Of a stretch of 64,000 bases of DNA, positions 13,453-25,700 are shown one piece after another. The notes below the pieces were generated by a model that saw only the letters and a program-made list of their open reading frames with translations, had not been told where the DNA came from and searched no databases. The stretch is from Monocercomonoides exilis PA203 (lineage: Eukaryota; Protista; Preaxostyla). The stretch's first letter is position 1. Each line of letters opens with the position of its first letter. The stretch spans positions 620,001 through 684,000 of the forward strand of contig LSRY02000017.1 in NCBI GenBank assembly GCA_001643675.2, read 5' to 3'. The position numbers and the translations under genes are program-made.

Positions 13453-14640
13453 ATGAGTTTGACAAAAGTTGAAAAACCATACGGACGTTCATATAACTTC
13501 TCTGCTGGCCCTGCAACTCTCCCTGATGAGGTGTTGGAAACAGCACGCGATGAAATGATGAACTACAAGGGCTCTGGCCAATCTGTCATGGAAATGAGCC
13601 ATCGCTCAAAAGTCTATATTGACATATTCACACGCGCACAAAAATCCCTGAAAGAATTGTTGAAAATCCCAGACAATTATGATATCCTCTTTTTGCAAGG
13701 AGGTGCCACCATGATGTTCTCTGGTGTTCTGATGAACTTGATCAAAGTTCCAGGCCAAACAGAGAAACCAGTCGTTGATTACGTAATCACTGGAGATTGG
13801 TCAAAGAAAGCAGCAGACGAAGCCAAAATGTTCAGCGACTTCTGCACCGTGAACATTGCTTGCGACGCTAAAACAGCAGAAGGATATGTCACAATCCCAG
13901 ATCAATCAACATGGAAACTCTCACCAAACGCAGCCTATGTTCATTACACAACAAACGAGACTATCCGAGGTCTTACATTTAACACTCTTCCAGAGTTCCC
14001 AGAAGGAACAACTGTTGTGTGCGATATGAGCTCTGACTTCTTGTCTCGCCCAATTGATGTTAGCAAGTTTGGCGTTATTTATGCAGGAGCACAGAAGAAT
14101 GCTGGACCTGCAGGTGCAACAATTGTTATTGTGAGAAAAGATCTCCTTGATCGTTCTCTTCCATTCTGCCCATCAGCAATCAATTTCAAGAAGCAAGCGG
14201 CTAAGGACTCTATGCTGAACACTCCCCCAACATACGCTGTGTATATCTGCGGCTTGTACTTCGATTACATTTTGAAACATGGTGGATTGGAAGCGGTTCA
14301 GGCACAAAATGAAGAAAAAGCAAAGATTCTTTATGAAACCGTTGCTCAAAGCGATGGATATTATGAAGTTTTAGTTAAGGATCCACGATTCCAATCAAGA
14401 ATGAATGTTCCTCTTCATTGCATCGCAGGTGGAGAACCAGATAAAGATAAGATGACACCTCATGAGCTCAAGTTTGTTGCAGAGGCAACAAAATTGGGCT
14501 TGGTTAATCTGAAAGGATATCGTGATCTTGGAGGTGTTCGTGTTTCCATGTACAATGCGATGACCGTTGATGGACTTAAGATGCTGAGAGAATTCATGAA
14601 TCAATTCAAAGCTCAAAACCCACCAATTAAGAAGGATTAA
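13453..14640 (+). CDS. serC/PSAT1: Phosphoserine aminotransferase (PLP-dependent, class V), intronless
   Basis: Motifs YNFSAGPA, EMSHRS, FLQGGAT, NETIRG, DMSS, YAGAQKN(A)GPAG with the PLP lysine, NTPP and GGVRVSMYNAM; 395 aa. Confidence 0.97.
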   Translation: MSLTKVEKPYGRSYNFSAGPATLPDEVLETARDEMMNYKGSGQSVMEMSHRSKVYIDIFTRAQKSLKELLKIPDNYDILFLQGGATMMFSGVLMNLIKVPGQTEKPVVDYVITGDWSKKAADEAKMFSDFCTVNIACDAKTAEGYVTIPDQSTWKLSPNAAYVHYTTNETIRGLTFNTLPEFPEGTTVVCDMSSDFLSRPIDVSKFGVIYAGAQKNAGPAGATIVIVRKDLLDRSLPFCPSAINFKKQAAKDSMLNTPPTYAVYICGLYFDYILKHGGLEAVQAQNEEKAKILYETVAQSDGYYEVLVKDPRFQSRMNVPLHCIAGGEPDKDKMTPHELKFVAEATKLGLVNLKGYRDLGGVRVSMYNAMTVDGLKMLREFMNQFKAQNPPIKKD

Positions 14641-14872
14641 ATTGAGATCAAATTCAATTCTTTATCTTGTTGACATTTACAATCTTTTATTCATTTTCAT
14701 TTTTCTGTCTTTAACGCTGTGAAGATTTTTATTTCTGTGATTATGAATATGCATACCTGTTAAATGTGTTATTGATTTTTAATGTAGAAAAATCTGTATA
14801 TAAAAATGATTATTAATTTCAATCAATTTATGTGTTGAAGATATAATTTTTATTGTAATAAAACTTTATCTG

Positions 14873-14904
14873 GAACGAAAGTTTGATTTCAAAAAGGATT
14901 AGCC
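14873..14904. repeat. Solo terminal fragment of the 49289..49496 MITE family
   Basis: gaacgaaagtttgatttcaaaaaggattagcc matches the MITE right arm 49465..49496 (gaacgaaagtgtaatttcaaaaaggatcagcc) at 29/32 positions. Confidence 0.8.
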
Positions 14905-14987
14905 ATATTTTCTTATCTTTATCTCAATTTTTTGATTTTTCTTTAATATTTGTGTAATAGTAAAATTCTTTTATTGTTATGACCTTT

Positions 14988-15037
14988 GAAATATTGGAAC
15001 ATATCGGTGATTTTTTCACAAATGGTAGAATTTTGCC
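14988..15037. repeat. Degenerate terminal fragment of long-TIR family A
   Basis: ggaacatatcggtgattttttcacaaatggtagaattttgcc aligns by eye with the end of the 48.8-49.0 kb copy (ggaacaaataattgaatttttcataaatgcaagaattctgaccc); it is followed by AAAT. Confidence 0.6.
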
Positions 15038-15238
15038 AAATAATTTTTCCTGATCATTGAATCCATTACAAATAAAGCAAATTGATAAAGATTTGTTTCT
15101 CTTTTCATTATTTTTTGACATCAATACAAGTACATAAAAAATGGTATGAATGCATATGTTTTTATAACTATTTTGAAACAAAAATTTTCATGCATTTATC
15201 TCAATCCAAACATTTGTGTATTCAATACAAATATCAAA

Positions 15239-16723
15239 ATGGTGTTGTTTTCTTATTCAATTTTTTTTTAAAAAAAATCTGTATATAGGAGACAGACAAC
15301 ACAAAAAAGTTCAATAGTGTGCAATTGCAGTTTCATGTGAATTCTTTTTGATTGGATTTCTTTCTTTCTTTCTTTTTTTTTTTTTTTGAAGAATTGTTTT
15401 CTGAGCTGGAAGGCTGCGATGATGATGAGCAGAAACAGAAAATCGAAGAAATAGATGTTGCGACGAATGAAATGGGAAATTTCGATTTTTTAACCGTTTT
15501 CACAGTCAGTCTGTTCAATAAAATGGACAAAATGATTGAAGAAAAGAAAATATCTCTGGAGAATGTTATTTTGATAATTCTGCATTTAGGAAATTGCAAA
15601 ATGTTCGAAAACTTGCAGAGATATAACTTTTGTATTTCTTTTCTGGGTAAAAGATTTGAGAAGATGATTAAAGAAGAATGGAGAAAAGAAGTGAGGAACG
15701 AAAAGGTTCTTGTTGATCTTTGCAAATGCTATGTTTTACTGTGGATCATTTCTCCTTCAAAAGAATTATTATCTATTTGCATCCCTTGCCTTCTGAAAGC
15801 TGCATTGAACAAAGAGAAAAGCGAAAAAACACAAAAAGAAGTGGAAATGGCTTTATTTGTTTTGAGTAATGATGAAATATATTATGTGTGAGCACTTCTT
15901 TTTTATTTTTATTATATTTAGTTTTTTTTCCCCTCTTATTTCTTATTAGTTTGTCGAACGAGAACTGTATTTGAAGGAAATTACAGAAATCATCAAACAT
16001 CAACAGAAACATCACAATCTAACTCATCTTGCGTATCAATCAGCTTGGCAATTTTTGATTTTCAGACTTCATTTTGACAAAAGCTTGGAAGATGTCATTG
16101 CAAATGAGCTGCATTTTGCGAGAGAAGCAGGAAGAGAACTGGAAGAGCTAATGAAATATGTGGATTGGAAGAGAGGAAAAGGAGGAAATGGGGAAAAAGA
16201 AGAGGAAGAAGAGATTCTTTTGAAGAGATGGTTCATTTTGATTAACGTTTTCCTTTCTTCTTGCAAAGTTAGGAATAATGAATTTGTTGGACTTTTCAAC
16301 AGCATTGTTCAAATGTTTAGGGCAGCAAAGGAAGATCATAGAGTAATTAGTGAGTTGTGTACTAATTCCTTTGTTGATGTGGCAAGAAGCGAATCTGTGA
16401 AAGTTGAAGACTTATTGGAGGGTGGAGCTTTTGATGTTATTTTGGAGGAGATTCAGCAACCAACATTGAACGATAGAATAACATTTGATATCTTATTATT
16501 TTTTGATGCAATTTCTTTGCGATTGAAAAGAAAGAAGAAAGATGAATACGAAGAAATGAAAAGAAAGGCAGCGAAAATGGAGATATTTGAAAAGATGGAA
16601 GAAGAAGGATATGAAGACATCATCACAAGCTTTTATGAAATAATTGATTTTCTAAATGAAAAATTGTCTAATTATTTTGTATGGTTATCTTCAAATATTT
16701 CTGATTATTTTGTGAATGTTTGA
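15239..16723 (+). CDS. Lineage-specific helical hypothetical protein (expanded 'FSELE..EQKQKIEE / LAYQSAW' family), 4 exons
   Basis: Exons 15239-15241 (ATG only), 15289-15316, 15392-15885 and 15950-16723 join in frame through GT-AG introns: M-ETDNTKKFNK-LFSELEG...EIYY-FVERELYLKEI. It is paralogous to the gene at 17542-18838. Confidence 0.8.
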
Positions 16724-17541
16724 AGAAATGATATCCAATAATAAAAACAGATTAAGATATTAATTTCACTTTTTTTGTCGTTTTATTAAAACGAAAACAA
16801 GCAACCATTTGACCTTTTTCAAAAGGTCTTTTTTCATTTCATCGAAGTGAAATAAAAAGGAAGCAAAAATTAGAAAAGAAAAGAAAAAATTGTAACTTTT
16901 TTGATTTTTCATTTTGTTCTTTTCTTCATCATTCTTCTTTCTCAAATGAATTGTCTCTTTTATCCTTTTTTTCAAAGATAATGTGATAATTATGTTCTTC
17001 TCCATTCAGCAATTATCTTCAATTACCTCTTTTCTGTCTTTTTAATAAGTTTAACTTTTTTGATATTTTTTTCAAGAATATTTTTCCTTTTCTGTTTTCT
17101 CATCAACATCAAAAAAGAAGATAAAGAAGAAGATAACTACGAAATATGTGATGTGATTACAGTTGTTATTTCATAATCAAGAAAAAGAAGAGATGTTGTT
17201 GTTTTGTTTAACTGAAACGAAATTTTGAAAAATTCTTCAATACTCAGTGAGCTTTGTAAGAATGAAAGGGAAAGAAATCATTCCATGGTGAACCGACGAA
17301 AGCGAAGAAGATAATTGTTGAATTGACTGTTTATGATGTGTGTTCGTAAGGTTGAAGAAGAAGAAGAAGTTAAAATTTCACTTCGGAACGTCATCTTTTC
17401 TGTTCTCTTCTTTTCTCTTTATCTTTTTCAGTTCATTTTTTGTTGGCCTTTTCTTCTGAATCTGAATTTTAATTCCATTTCATTTCTCTTCTGCATTTCT
17501 GAAACGATGATGAAAATGAAGTATCAAATAGCACTTTCTCC

Positions 17542-18838
17542 TTAAATGTGCACAAAATAATCGCATTTCTTTTTTGTCTTCATTGTATATTGAGTATTGC
17601 TTGTCATGAATGGATGCGTTTTATGAAAACCCACAATAATGTCTTCGTATCCCTCTTCCTCAAACTTCTCGAGCACTTTCCTTTTCGTTTCTTTTCGTTT
17701 TATCTCGTCTTCCTTTCTTTCCATCTCTTCTTTCAATCTTTCACAAAGGTCTTCGAAAAATTCCAAAAAAGTTCAAAATTTTTGTTTTTCAATGTTAACT
17801 GATGAATTTCCTCCAAGAAAACATCAACAGCCCCATTTTTTAAAAAAGTTCAAACTTTCACAACTCTGTTTCCTGGAGCTCTTACAAATGAATGAATGCA
17901 CAGCATTCTTATATCTTCGAAATTGTTCTTTGTTGATTGATATAAGCTTGCAATGCTTTCAATAATCACAGAATGCTCTTTATTCCATAATTTGCAGTTC
18001 AAAAAATAGAAGCTGATTGTGTTGAGCCATCTTAATATCACCTTACCTTCCATTTCCCCTTTCGCTTTCGACATCCTCTTCACATCTTGAAGTTTTGAAA
18101 GCTCTGTCAATTCTCTTGACGCTTCTCTCCCAAAATGCAATTCATTCGCAATTACAACTTCCAAACTTCTTTCTTTGCGAATTCTTTCAATCAAAAAATT
18201 CCAAGCAGACTGATATGCAAGTTGAGTGAGACTGCGATGATCCATATGACGTTTCATTATTTCTTTTATCTCATTCAGATGCAATGCTTTTTCAATGTGC
18301 CAACATAAAGCAATGAAAAGAAAATTCAATAATATCAAAATGGAAATAATAATATTCATGCATAATAATAGGCAATGTTGTTCAAAGCCAGCAAAGCTAT
18401 TTCCACTTCTTTTTGAGCATCCTCGTTTTCCACTTTATTCAATGTAGCTTTCAAAAGATTGGGCACATAGTTTGAAATCGATTCAGTTAAAAACCAGCAG
18501 TTTAGCAAAATGAAACATTCACAAAGATCAGAGCAAGTCTTTTCATTTTTATCTTCTTTCTTTTTCACTTCTTCAATAAGGATCTCATCAAATTTTTTGC
18601 ACAGCGATGAAGTCATAAAATTCTTTTTCGATATGTTCCTCAAAATCTCACAATAGCCTATATGCTTCAAAAAGTCAATGGCGCTTTCCAGTGGCAGTTC
18701 TTTTTCAATCATGCAATCGATTTTATTGAAAACTTCTTCTGTGAGAGCACTTTTCATTTCGTTTTCATCCATCTCTTCAATCAATTCCTTCATTTTACAA
18801 AATTTTTGTTTCTGCTCATCGAATGTGCATAAATCCAA
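17542..18838 (-). pseudogene. Paralog of the 15239..16723 family, disrupted
   Basis: Shares QKEVEIAL, LTQLAYQSAWNFL, VIANELHFGREA and EKFEEEGYEDII. An in-frame TGA at ~17850 reads VKV*TFLKNGAVDVFLEEI versus VKVEDLLEGGAFDVILEEI in the paralog. A frameshift lies in a T-run near 17765-17770. The true 5' end is uncertain. Confidence 0.75.
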
Positions 18839-19112
18839 TTTTGAAAAGAGGCCTTAAAATAAATGCAAAATTCAATTTTATAAAAGTGAAAAAGAATATT
18901 CAAACGAGCAAATTCATTTGTTCTCAGAGTCTTTTGAATTAGTTTTTTAAAAAAAAACCATTTTGAAAAGCATTTGTGCAGTTCAGATGCAAACAAATCG
19001 ATGGAATCAAAAATGATTTTTGCACGAGCACAATGACAAAAACATGCTCCTTTTTTTGTGGCAAACGAAGATAAAACATTTTTTCAATTGAAAAATGGGA
19101 ATTTTTCGTTGT

Positions 19113-19290
19113 TTGGGATGATTTTTTTTTCTTTTTGATATTTGTTCATTCTTCTCTTTCAAATATTTAATTCATTTTTAAAATTTTCAATATTTTTTTG
19201 AAATGTGAATGAAAGACTTACAATGAATAGGTTTTTGAAAAAGTTTGGAACAAATCATTGTTTTTTTCATAAATAAAAGAATTTTGCCCC
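19113..19290. repeat. Diverged copy of long-TIR family A (~180 bp)
   Basis: Colinear by eye with 48839..49019 (gggatg-atttttttt-ctt...tttgttc...tttcaaatattt...ggaacaaat...ttttcataaat...gaattttgcccc). Confidence 0.6.
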
Positions 19291-19364
19291 ATCTTTTCAG
19301 CAAATAAGTTGAAAGATGCAAAAATCCAATTTGTTGTGTTTCTAGATTAAAAATAAAAAAAATA

Positions 19365-20024
19365 TCATGATGCCATTCTTTCAAAATCCTTGAAGCTGAC
19401 CTGTCAAAAATTTAAAAGTTATCACATAAAAGAAATCTAATAATAATCAACACTGAGCAAACCCTTCCGTCTTTATCTCTATCTGCTTCAAAAAACATAG
19501 ATTGAACAGATTCTTTTGTAATAGAAGGCGTGTATTTTTGAGCTACAGCATCGACATCCCCAACTGTTAAAAATCCAATATTTGATATATCAAGAAGTTT
19601 AAATGTCTTTCTCAACTCTTCCTCAAAATCAATATAGCATGCTCGCTCTTCCATAATCTCGTAATACCTTTTATCATTTACAACTTTGTGGAAACATGAA
19701 TATTTAAAACAAAAAATAAAAATTGTCAAACAATCGCTTCCATTCATTATAACGTTCATTTCTTGCTTCACACATTTTCATTTCAAAATATCAATGAACA
19801 AAATGTACATTTAAGTTTAAAATTAAGATTGATAGCATTACCTTTGAAGGCTTAAATCCAAAGCAAGCTAAGCATGCAAGTTTAAAATTATGTCTTGATA
19901 TAGTTTTATCTTCGTTTGCATATTTCATAAAACTATTTCGTATCTGCCTAATAACTTCTGGTGGTGGTTTTCTCTTTTGTGCTTCATAAAATACACGTGG
20001 AAAATAGCCAGCCAGATTTGACAT
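19365..20024 (-). CDS. EFCAB11: EF-hand calcium-binding protein, EFCAB11-like, 4 exons
   Basis: ATG at 20024. ISRHNFKLACLACFGFKPSK matches the EFCAB11-type FG(Y/F)KPSK signature. EF-hands are FKLLDISNIGFLT and EADRDKDGR|VSFKDFERMAS*. Three GT-AG introns restore the frame. Confidence 0.75.
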
Positions 20025-22736
20025 TATCCATTGATTATGGGTATTCAAATAATAATAAAGATACGTTAATATGCTGAATGAAACCAAAATTGAACCAGCT
20101 TATTCACTAGTTGTTATATGAATTGAATGAGTGCCCATTACAGAATAAAAATACTCAAAAGATTTTTGAAAGCAAGTTTATTGCTTTAAAAACAAGAAGT
20201 GATTTTGTGAAATGCGACAACAGAATTAATGATACAATTACTTTATTATAGCAGATTTAAAGCGATCGACGAGAGGTCAAAAGAATGCTATTGCCACTTG
20301 AATAAATTTATTCGTTTTTTCTTCAAATTGTAAAAAAATGCAACATTTATGGCCTTTTCGTTGAAAGAGGAATTAGCATCATCAACAATTTTGGATAATT
20401 GAGTATTTTTTATGTATGAGAAAAATCAAATATCTCTCGCGCTTAGGAAAATGGAAAATAGTACATTTGTTACGGTTTTTGCGTTCAAAAGAAAGAAGAG
20501 TGCGAATTCAAATGAGGAAAATGGAAAATGTCTGTGATTCAATTGGAGGATGCTTAATCGCCCATATCGTTCCATTTGAAAGCTCATTTGTTTTTTCAAC
20601 AAAAGAGCAGTGGACTTCGCGAAATACTCGTTATTCTTTTGAATTCCTTTGAAAGCCTTATTCGTCAAAGCTTCAAAACTCAGAATCTTGAATTTCGTCA
20701 GTTTTCTGCGCTTATGCATCCAGATGCACACTTGGGATTACCTTTGCACAAGCATTCTTTTTATTCTATTTCATCACAGGCTTTCAGTTTTATTGATTCG
20801 TACCATCTCCTTTGAACATATCACTTGTAGCATTGATTTTCATCAGGCAACAACCATTTTTTTTTTAACAAATAACCATTTTCCTTTGGTGGCTGAGAAA
20901 TCAAAGTTTGCTGCTTATTGCTATTTTTCAATTTCTTATTTTCTGTTTTGGTGAATGCAATTTATTTTCTTCTTATTCATTTTCCATTGATAAGTTCTTT
21001 TTCAGAAGAAAAGTCAAATTTCGCCACAAAGCCGTTCGCTAAGAAGGCTTGCTGCAAAGTTGGACAGAAGAAGGGCATTGAATGGAATGCCTCCAAAAGA
21101 ATTGTGAATGATGCAAAAGAGAAAAAAACGAGACAAATGAAGACATTGGAAAATGAGCTTATGATTTGAATGGAAAAGCGAAAGGAAAAGCAAAGCTAAG
21201 AAATCATTGATCTGATAAAAAGAACTTTTGAAAAGGGAGCGTAAGACGAACAACGAAAAAAGCATAAAGGCAGACAGAACTTCAAGAAGATCAAAGAAAT
21301 TGACGAAAGAAATGAACTTAAAACGGAATGAAACAATAAAAAAGAATATCAGAAAAAAGGAAAGAATTCGCCAAGCAAAAGGCAACATCAAAGTTGAATT
21401 TCCGTTCAAATGCAACATAAGTGAAAGCATTCAGAAAACCGACTTTAAATTTCTTTAACAAGAAACTGTTTGCTTGTGGTGCTTGTGAGGTTTGTATTGA
21501 ACTTCATTTTGAGTAATTATTCAAATATTTTTTCAATGTTCAATTTTCCCGCATTTAATCATGATTGCCTCCACTTTTTCTGGTGGTATTCTTCATCTTC
21601 CCAAGAAATAGAATAAAAGACAATAGCATTTGATATTGTCGTTGTGCATTCTTGTTGGTTCGCGCCGATGCATTGAAGAGATTCAATTTCTTGGGCTACT
21701 TTTTCTGCTTTTGGCGAGTTTCCTCTCACATTTTCATTTCTTCAGCCTTCCGTTTGAACATGGAATTTAAGCTACTTCTCAGCAGTTAAGATGCTGAAGA
21801 TTCAGCTAGAAAAATGCTCTGAACGCATCCATCAAAATAATTCAAGGAAAATGCGCCAATTTATCTAGATATAGAGATAAAAAAATGATTTTTACAGGAA
21901 TGAGTGGAAGCTGTATAATTCGAAAGAGGAATAGAAGGAAGGAGCAGAGAATGCAGGAATTGAGTCAAAAATGTTGAAGGATGAAGACATAGCAATCTGG
22001 CAATGACGAGAATGCTTGTGAAGCAGATGAACTTTTTATAGATGAAGAAAGGAAACGGAAATTTGGAAATGGAAAAGAAAAGAAGAAGAAAAATACTGAG
22101 CAATGCAATAAAAATTGATGTTCAAGGAGAAAATATAAGTGGAGAGGTATTTTGAAGGGAAATGATTTCAGAAGATCATTTTTTCAAATTTGAGTGGAAG
22201 ATGCACATTTTTCTTAATCATCATCTTCTTCGAACGGTCAACAATGCCTTTTTACAGCTTTGGGTATCTTTTACAAAATCGATGCGCATCTTCATTTTAA
22301 ACTCACATTTCCCCTCTATTCATTCGTTTCAAAGCTCACAATTTTTCCTTTTGCTGGAGAGCTTACTTCTTGTAATGTAATTTAATTCCTCCATGTTCTT
22401 TTCCAGCATTTGTTTACGAAATCTATTCAATATTATTTCGATTTGGAATCATTTCTCATCCTTTCAGAATACATTTCATGTGGATTAAAAGGGTATGCAA
22501 TGGAAATATTTTTCTTTTCTTTTTTTCTTTTTATCTTTAATGTATTCTCTCATTTTTTTAATTTGATTCTTTATATATTTTTTCTTCATAAAGATAACAT
22601 TTTAACCTTTTAACTTTTTTGGTAGAGAGAAGCAATAAAAACAATTGTTGTAGCAAGAAAGGGAGAAAATGCATCGCAATTGCAGTTATGGACATGATCA
22701 AAATTATTCAAGTTTTTGAAGAGAGCTTTCTTGAAC

Positions 22737-25700
22737 ATGAAAACATCAAATTATCTGTTTGCTATGCTTCTGCCTTTTATTACCAAAATGGCAACATGTG
22801 GAGGTATGACGGATAATTTCTGGCCAAAGGAGAGTGAGGAAGCAAGGGAAACATCAAATTTGCTTCTTTTTATTCCCCCAAATTCTTTGCAGATGCTGCA
22901 CAATAACGACAATCCGCCAGGTGATGTGGAGAAAAATGATGGGAGAGAGAGTCAACACTGCGGAAGTTCGACTCGAATTGATGTGAGCATACACGTGATG
23001 AATTCCACTTTTTCAGTGTGGAATATTGAGATATGCGCAAAAGAGCACAGTTCAGTGTTTTTCATCAACGAATCTTCGATATCTTTGAGCTGCTGCTCGA
23101 TGAAATATTCAGCAAAAAGATGCATTCCTCCATTCGCGCAAACTGGTGGTTGCTTGTGTTGCGAGAACATTTCACTCACAACATCTGCTGCTGAAAATGG
23201 CATTCCTTCGTTGATGGCTTCCCATTTGGTTGGAAATATTTTGATCCAAGAAACATCAAACAGAGTGAGTGTATCCAATTCTGCTTTTTCGTCTCTGCAA
23301 CTTCTGTCTTCTCCATTTCTTTCTTCGTCAGGAAAGGAAAATGTGGACTTGGCAAGATCTTCTTTTTGCAACATTTCGATCGCTTCAGCACAAACAATCA
23401 GAATTCCTTCTTCTATTTCAGAGAGTTTGAACTCGATTTCAGGGTGCTCGTTCTGTGAAGTTTGCGATGTGTTTTATGGAGGTGTTATTCGATCAATAAA
23501 TACAGCAGGCACAACATTGTGCTCATTCAACAACACATATCAACGATGCAAAAGCAATGCAAATGCAAATGCCTACTATTCAGGAGAGTCTGGACGTCAA
23601 GTTCTAACGCAGTCAGAAATATTTGAAGATGACACATTTGATAAATGCATTTCTCCAAAAAGTGGAGGAGCAATTTTTGCTGTTAATAAAACGCTTACGA
23701 TTACCGTTAGAAGGTGTAAGTTTATTTCGTATGCTTTTTATATAATTCCACAAATGATAATGATTAATAATATCTTAAAAATATATTTTTTTAAACATTT
23801 CTTTTTATTCATTTTGTTTTTCTTCATCATTTTGTTCGCTGGAAATTTTCTATCTTTTGCTTTTGTATGAAGATGTTCAGCTTCTCACGTAGGAGCTGTT
23901 GAAGCGTCTAATGTTTTAGGAGCGAGCTTTGAAAATAACAATTTTTCGCATTGCTGTTCAACGTCAAATGGTGTTGGTGCTGTTCAATGCTATAATTATG
24001 GTAAAGGATTTATTTTGATTTCTGGATGTCTTTTTGATAATTGCAATTCCAGCAACTATTATGCAGGTTCACTGAGGTTGGTGAAGATTTTTGGAGCAGA
24101 TGGAAAGAAAGTTGATCCATTCTCAGTTGACCAATGCATATTCTTGCAAAACAGGGCAGGATCTTGTGCGGGTGCCTTGCTTATAGAAAATGAAATTGAC
24201 GCTTCGCTTCTTTTAAAAGAATCTTCATTTCAAGGCAACATTGCTGGACGTGATGGCGGAGCAATCCAAATCCATCAGCTAAAAAGCATGCAAATTGATA
24301 GCAGTTTTGTTTTTATGAAATTTTGCTTTTTTGATGGAAACACTGCAAGAAATGGAAATGGACATGATGTCTATGTAATTTATCCAAATTTGATTGACTG
24401 TCCATTTGAATTATCTTTCTCGACCACAGAAAAACAAAGAGTTTGGTTCAACGGCAGTCAAACAGAATATGATTACTGGCTTGGGAAGGGGTTACTGAAG
24501 CGTTATGTTTCCAGCAATGGAAGTGATACTGAATTGCTATGTGGGGAATCGGTAGACAAACCCTGCAAAACGATTGAAAGAGCTGTGAGAAATTCAGGAT
24601 ATGCCATGACGCAAGGAGTAAAGCTGATGACTTCCATATTTGCTCCTCTTGCTTCGATTGAGTGTGGAGAAAAGCACATTGAAGTTTCTGGAGAAAGTCA
24701 TCTTAACTCAATTGTTCGAACGCAATCCTTGGAAGTCTCTTCAGTTTTATTCTGTGTATCAAGTGGAAGTTTGATTATAACAGCAATACAAATCCAACAT
24801 GATTCAACAGCACATCCATCTCCACGACTTTTTGTGGTGAGCTCTTCCGCAGGAGTGCTTTCTTTGTCTGATGTTCTCGTTTTATCATCAGGCTCTGAAT
24901 CAGGAGGGAGCGAAATAGATGCATCACCATTCATTTCGAACATGCATTGCTTTTCACTGGAAAATGTGGAGATTCGGAATATGGTTCTTTCAGTTCCAAT
25001 CTTCAGTGAAGTTGAACTATCTTCTAGAAGTTCTCCAAGAATTGTGAATGTGACCTTTGAGAATATCACAAGAACCACTGGAAGTGGGTCTATTTTCTCC
25101 TGTTCATTGGATTCTGGAAGCTCTTTTGGCTTATCAAACACAACGCTGAAAAGATGCTCTTGTGCAAATGGCGATGGTGGAGGGATTCACTTTTCGTTGC
25201 AAACAGGAAGTGAATTGCGAGTTGGAGACAATTCAAATGTTAGGTTTGAATCATGTTCATCGCCCACTGATGAATCAAAGAAAGGAAAAGGAGGGGCGAT
25301 GCATCTGACATGCCTGAACAATGAATGCAGTTTCAGGATTGAGCTTTGTGCCTTTGTTGGATGTGATGCCTGGAGAGGAAAGAATGTATTTGTGGAAGCG
25401 CAGAACCTGTCGAAGGTCATCAGCAATGCATCACTTGAATTTCATCCCCAAATTGGAATCAACGCGACAAACTTCTGTGAGTTGAGCGGTATTGAAAGAG
25501 GCAATCCTGAGATTATTATTCCAATTGCCTTGTTTCTGCGAGCTTTTCAGCCACCTGCACATGTGAGTGGGAAAGCAAATGGAAATGATTTCAGGCTGTG
25601 CGGCTTTGCTGATTATCCATGCCAAACAATTAAAAAAGCTGCTGAGTTTCGGTTTCCCAACTCAAAACGAGTGGTGAGGCTTGCGAGTTCATTTGGATTT

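Noticed and set aside
13062-14640. Genome-wide TAR=Gln genetic code
   Set aside because: PSAT and the kinase end in TAA and gamma-SNAP ends in TAG at the expected C-termini, and multi-kb Gln-rich ORFs contain no in-frame TAR.
44-14640. Functional link between the serine-biosynthesis gene and neighbouring Ser-rich proteins
   Set aside because: Ser-rich low-complexity proteins occur throughout the window, so adjacency is uninformative.
20070-22400. Possible multi-exon gene(s) with exon-like patches
   Set aside because: I could not build a consistent spliced frame or recognise any motif.
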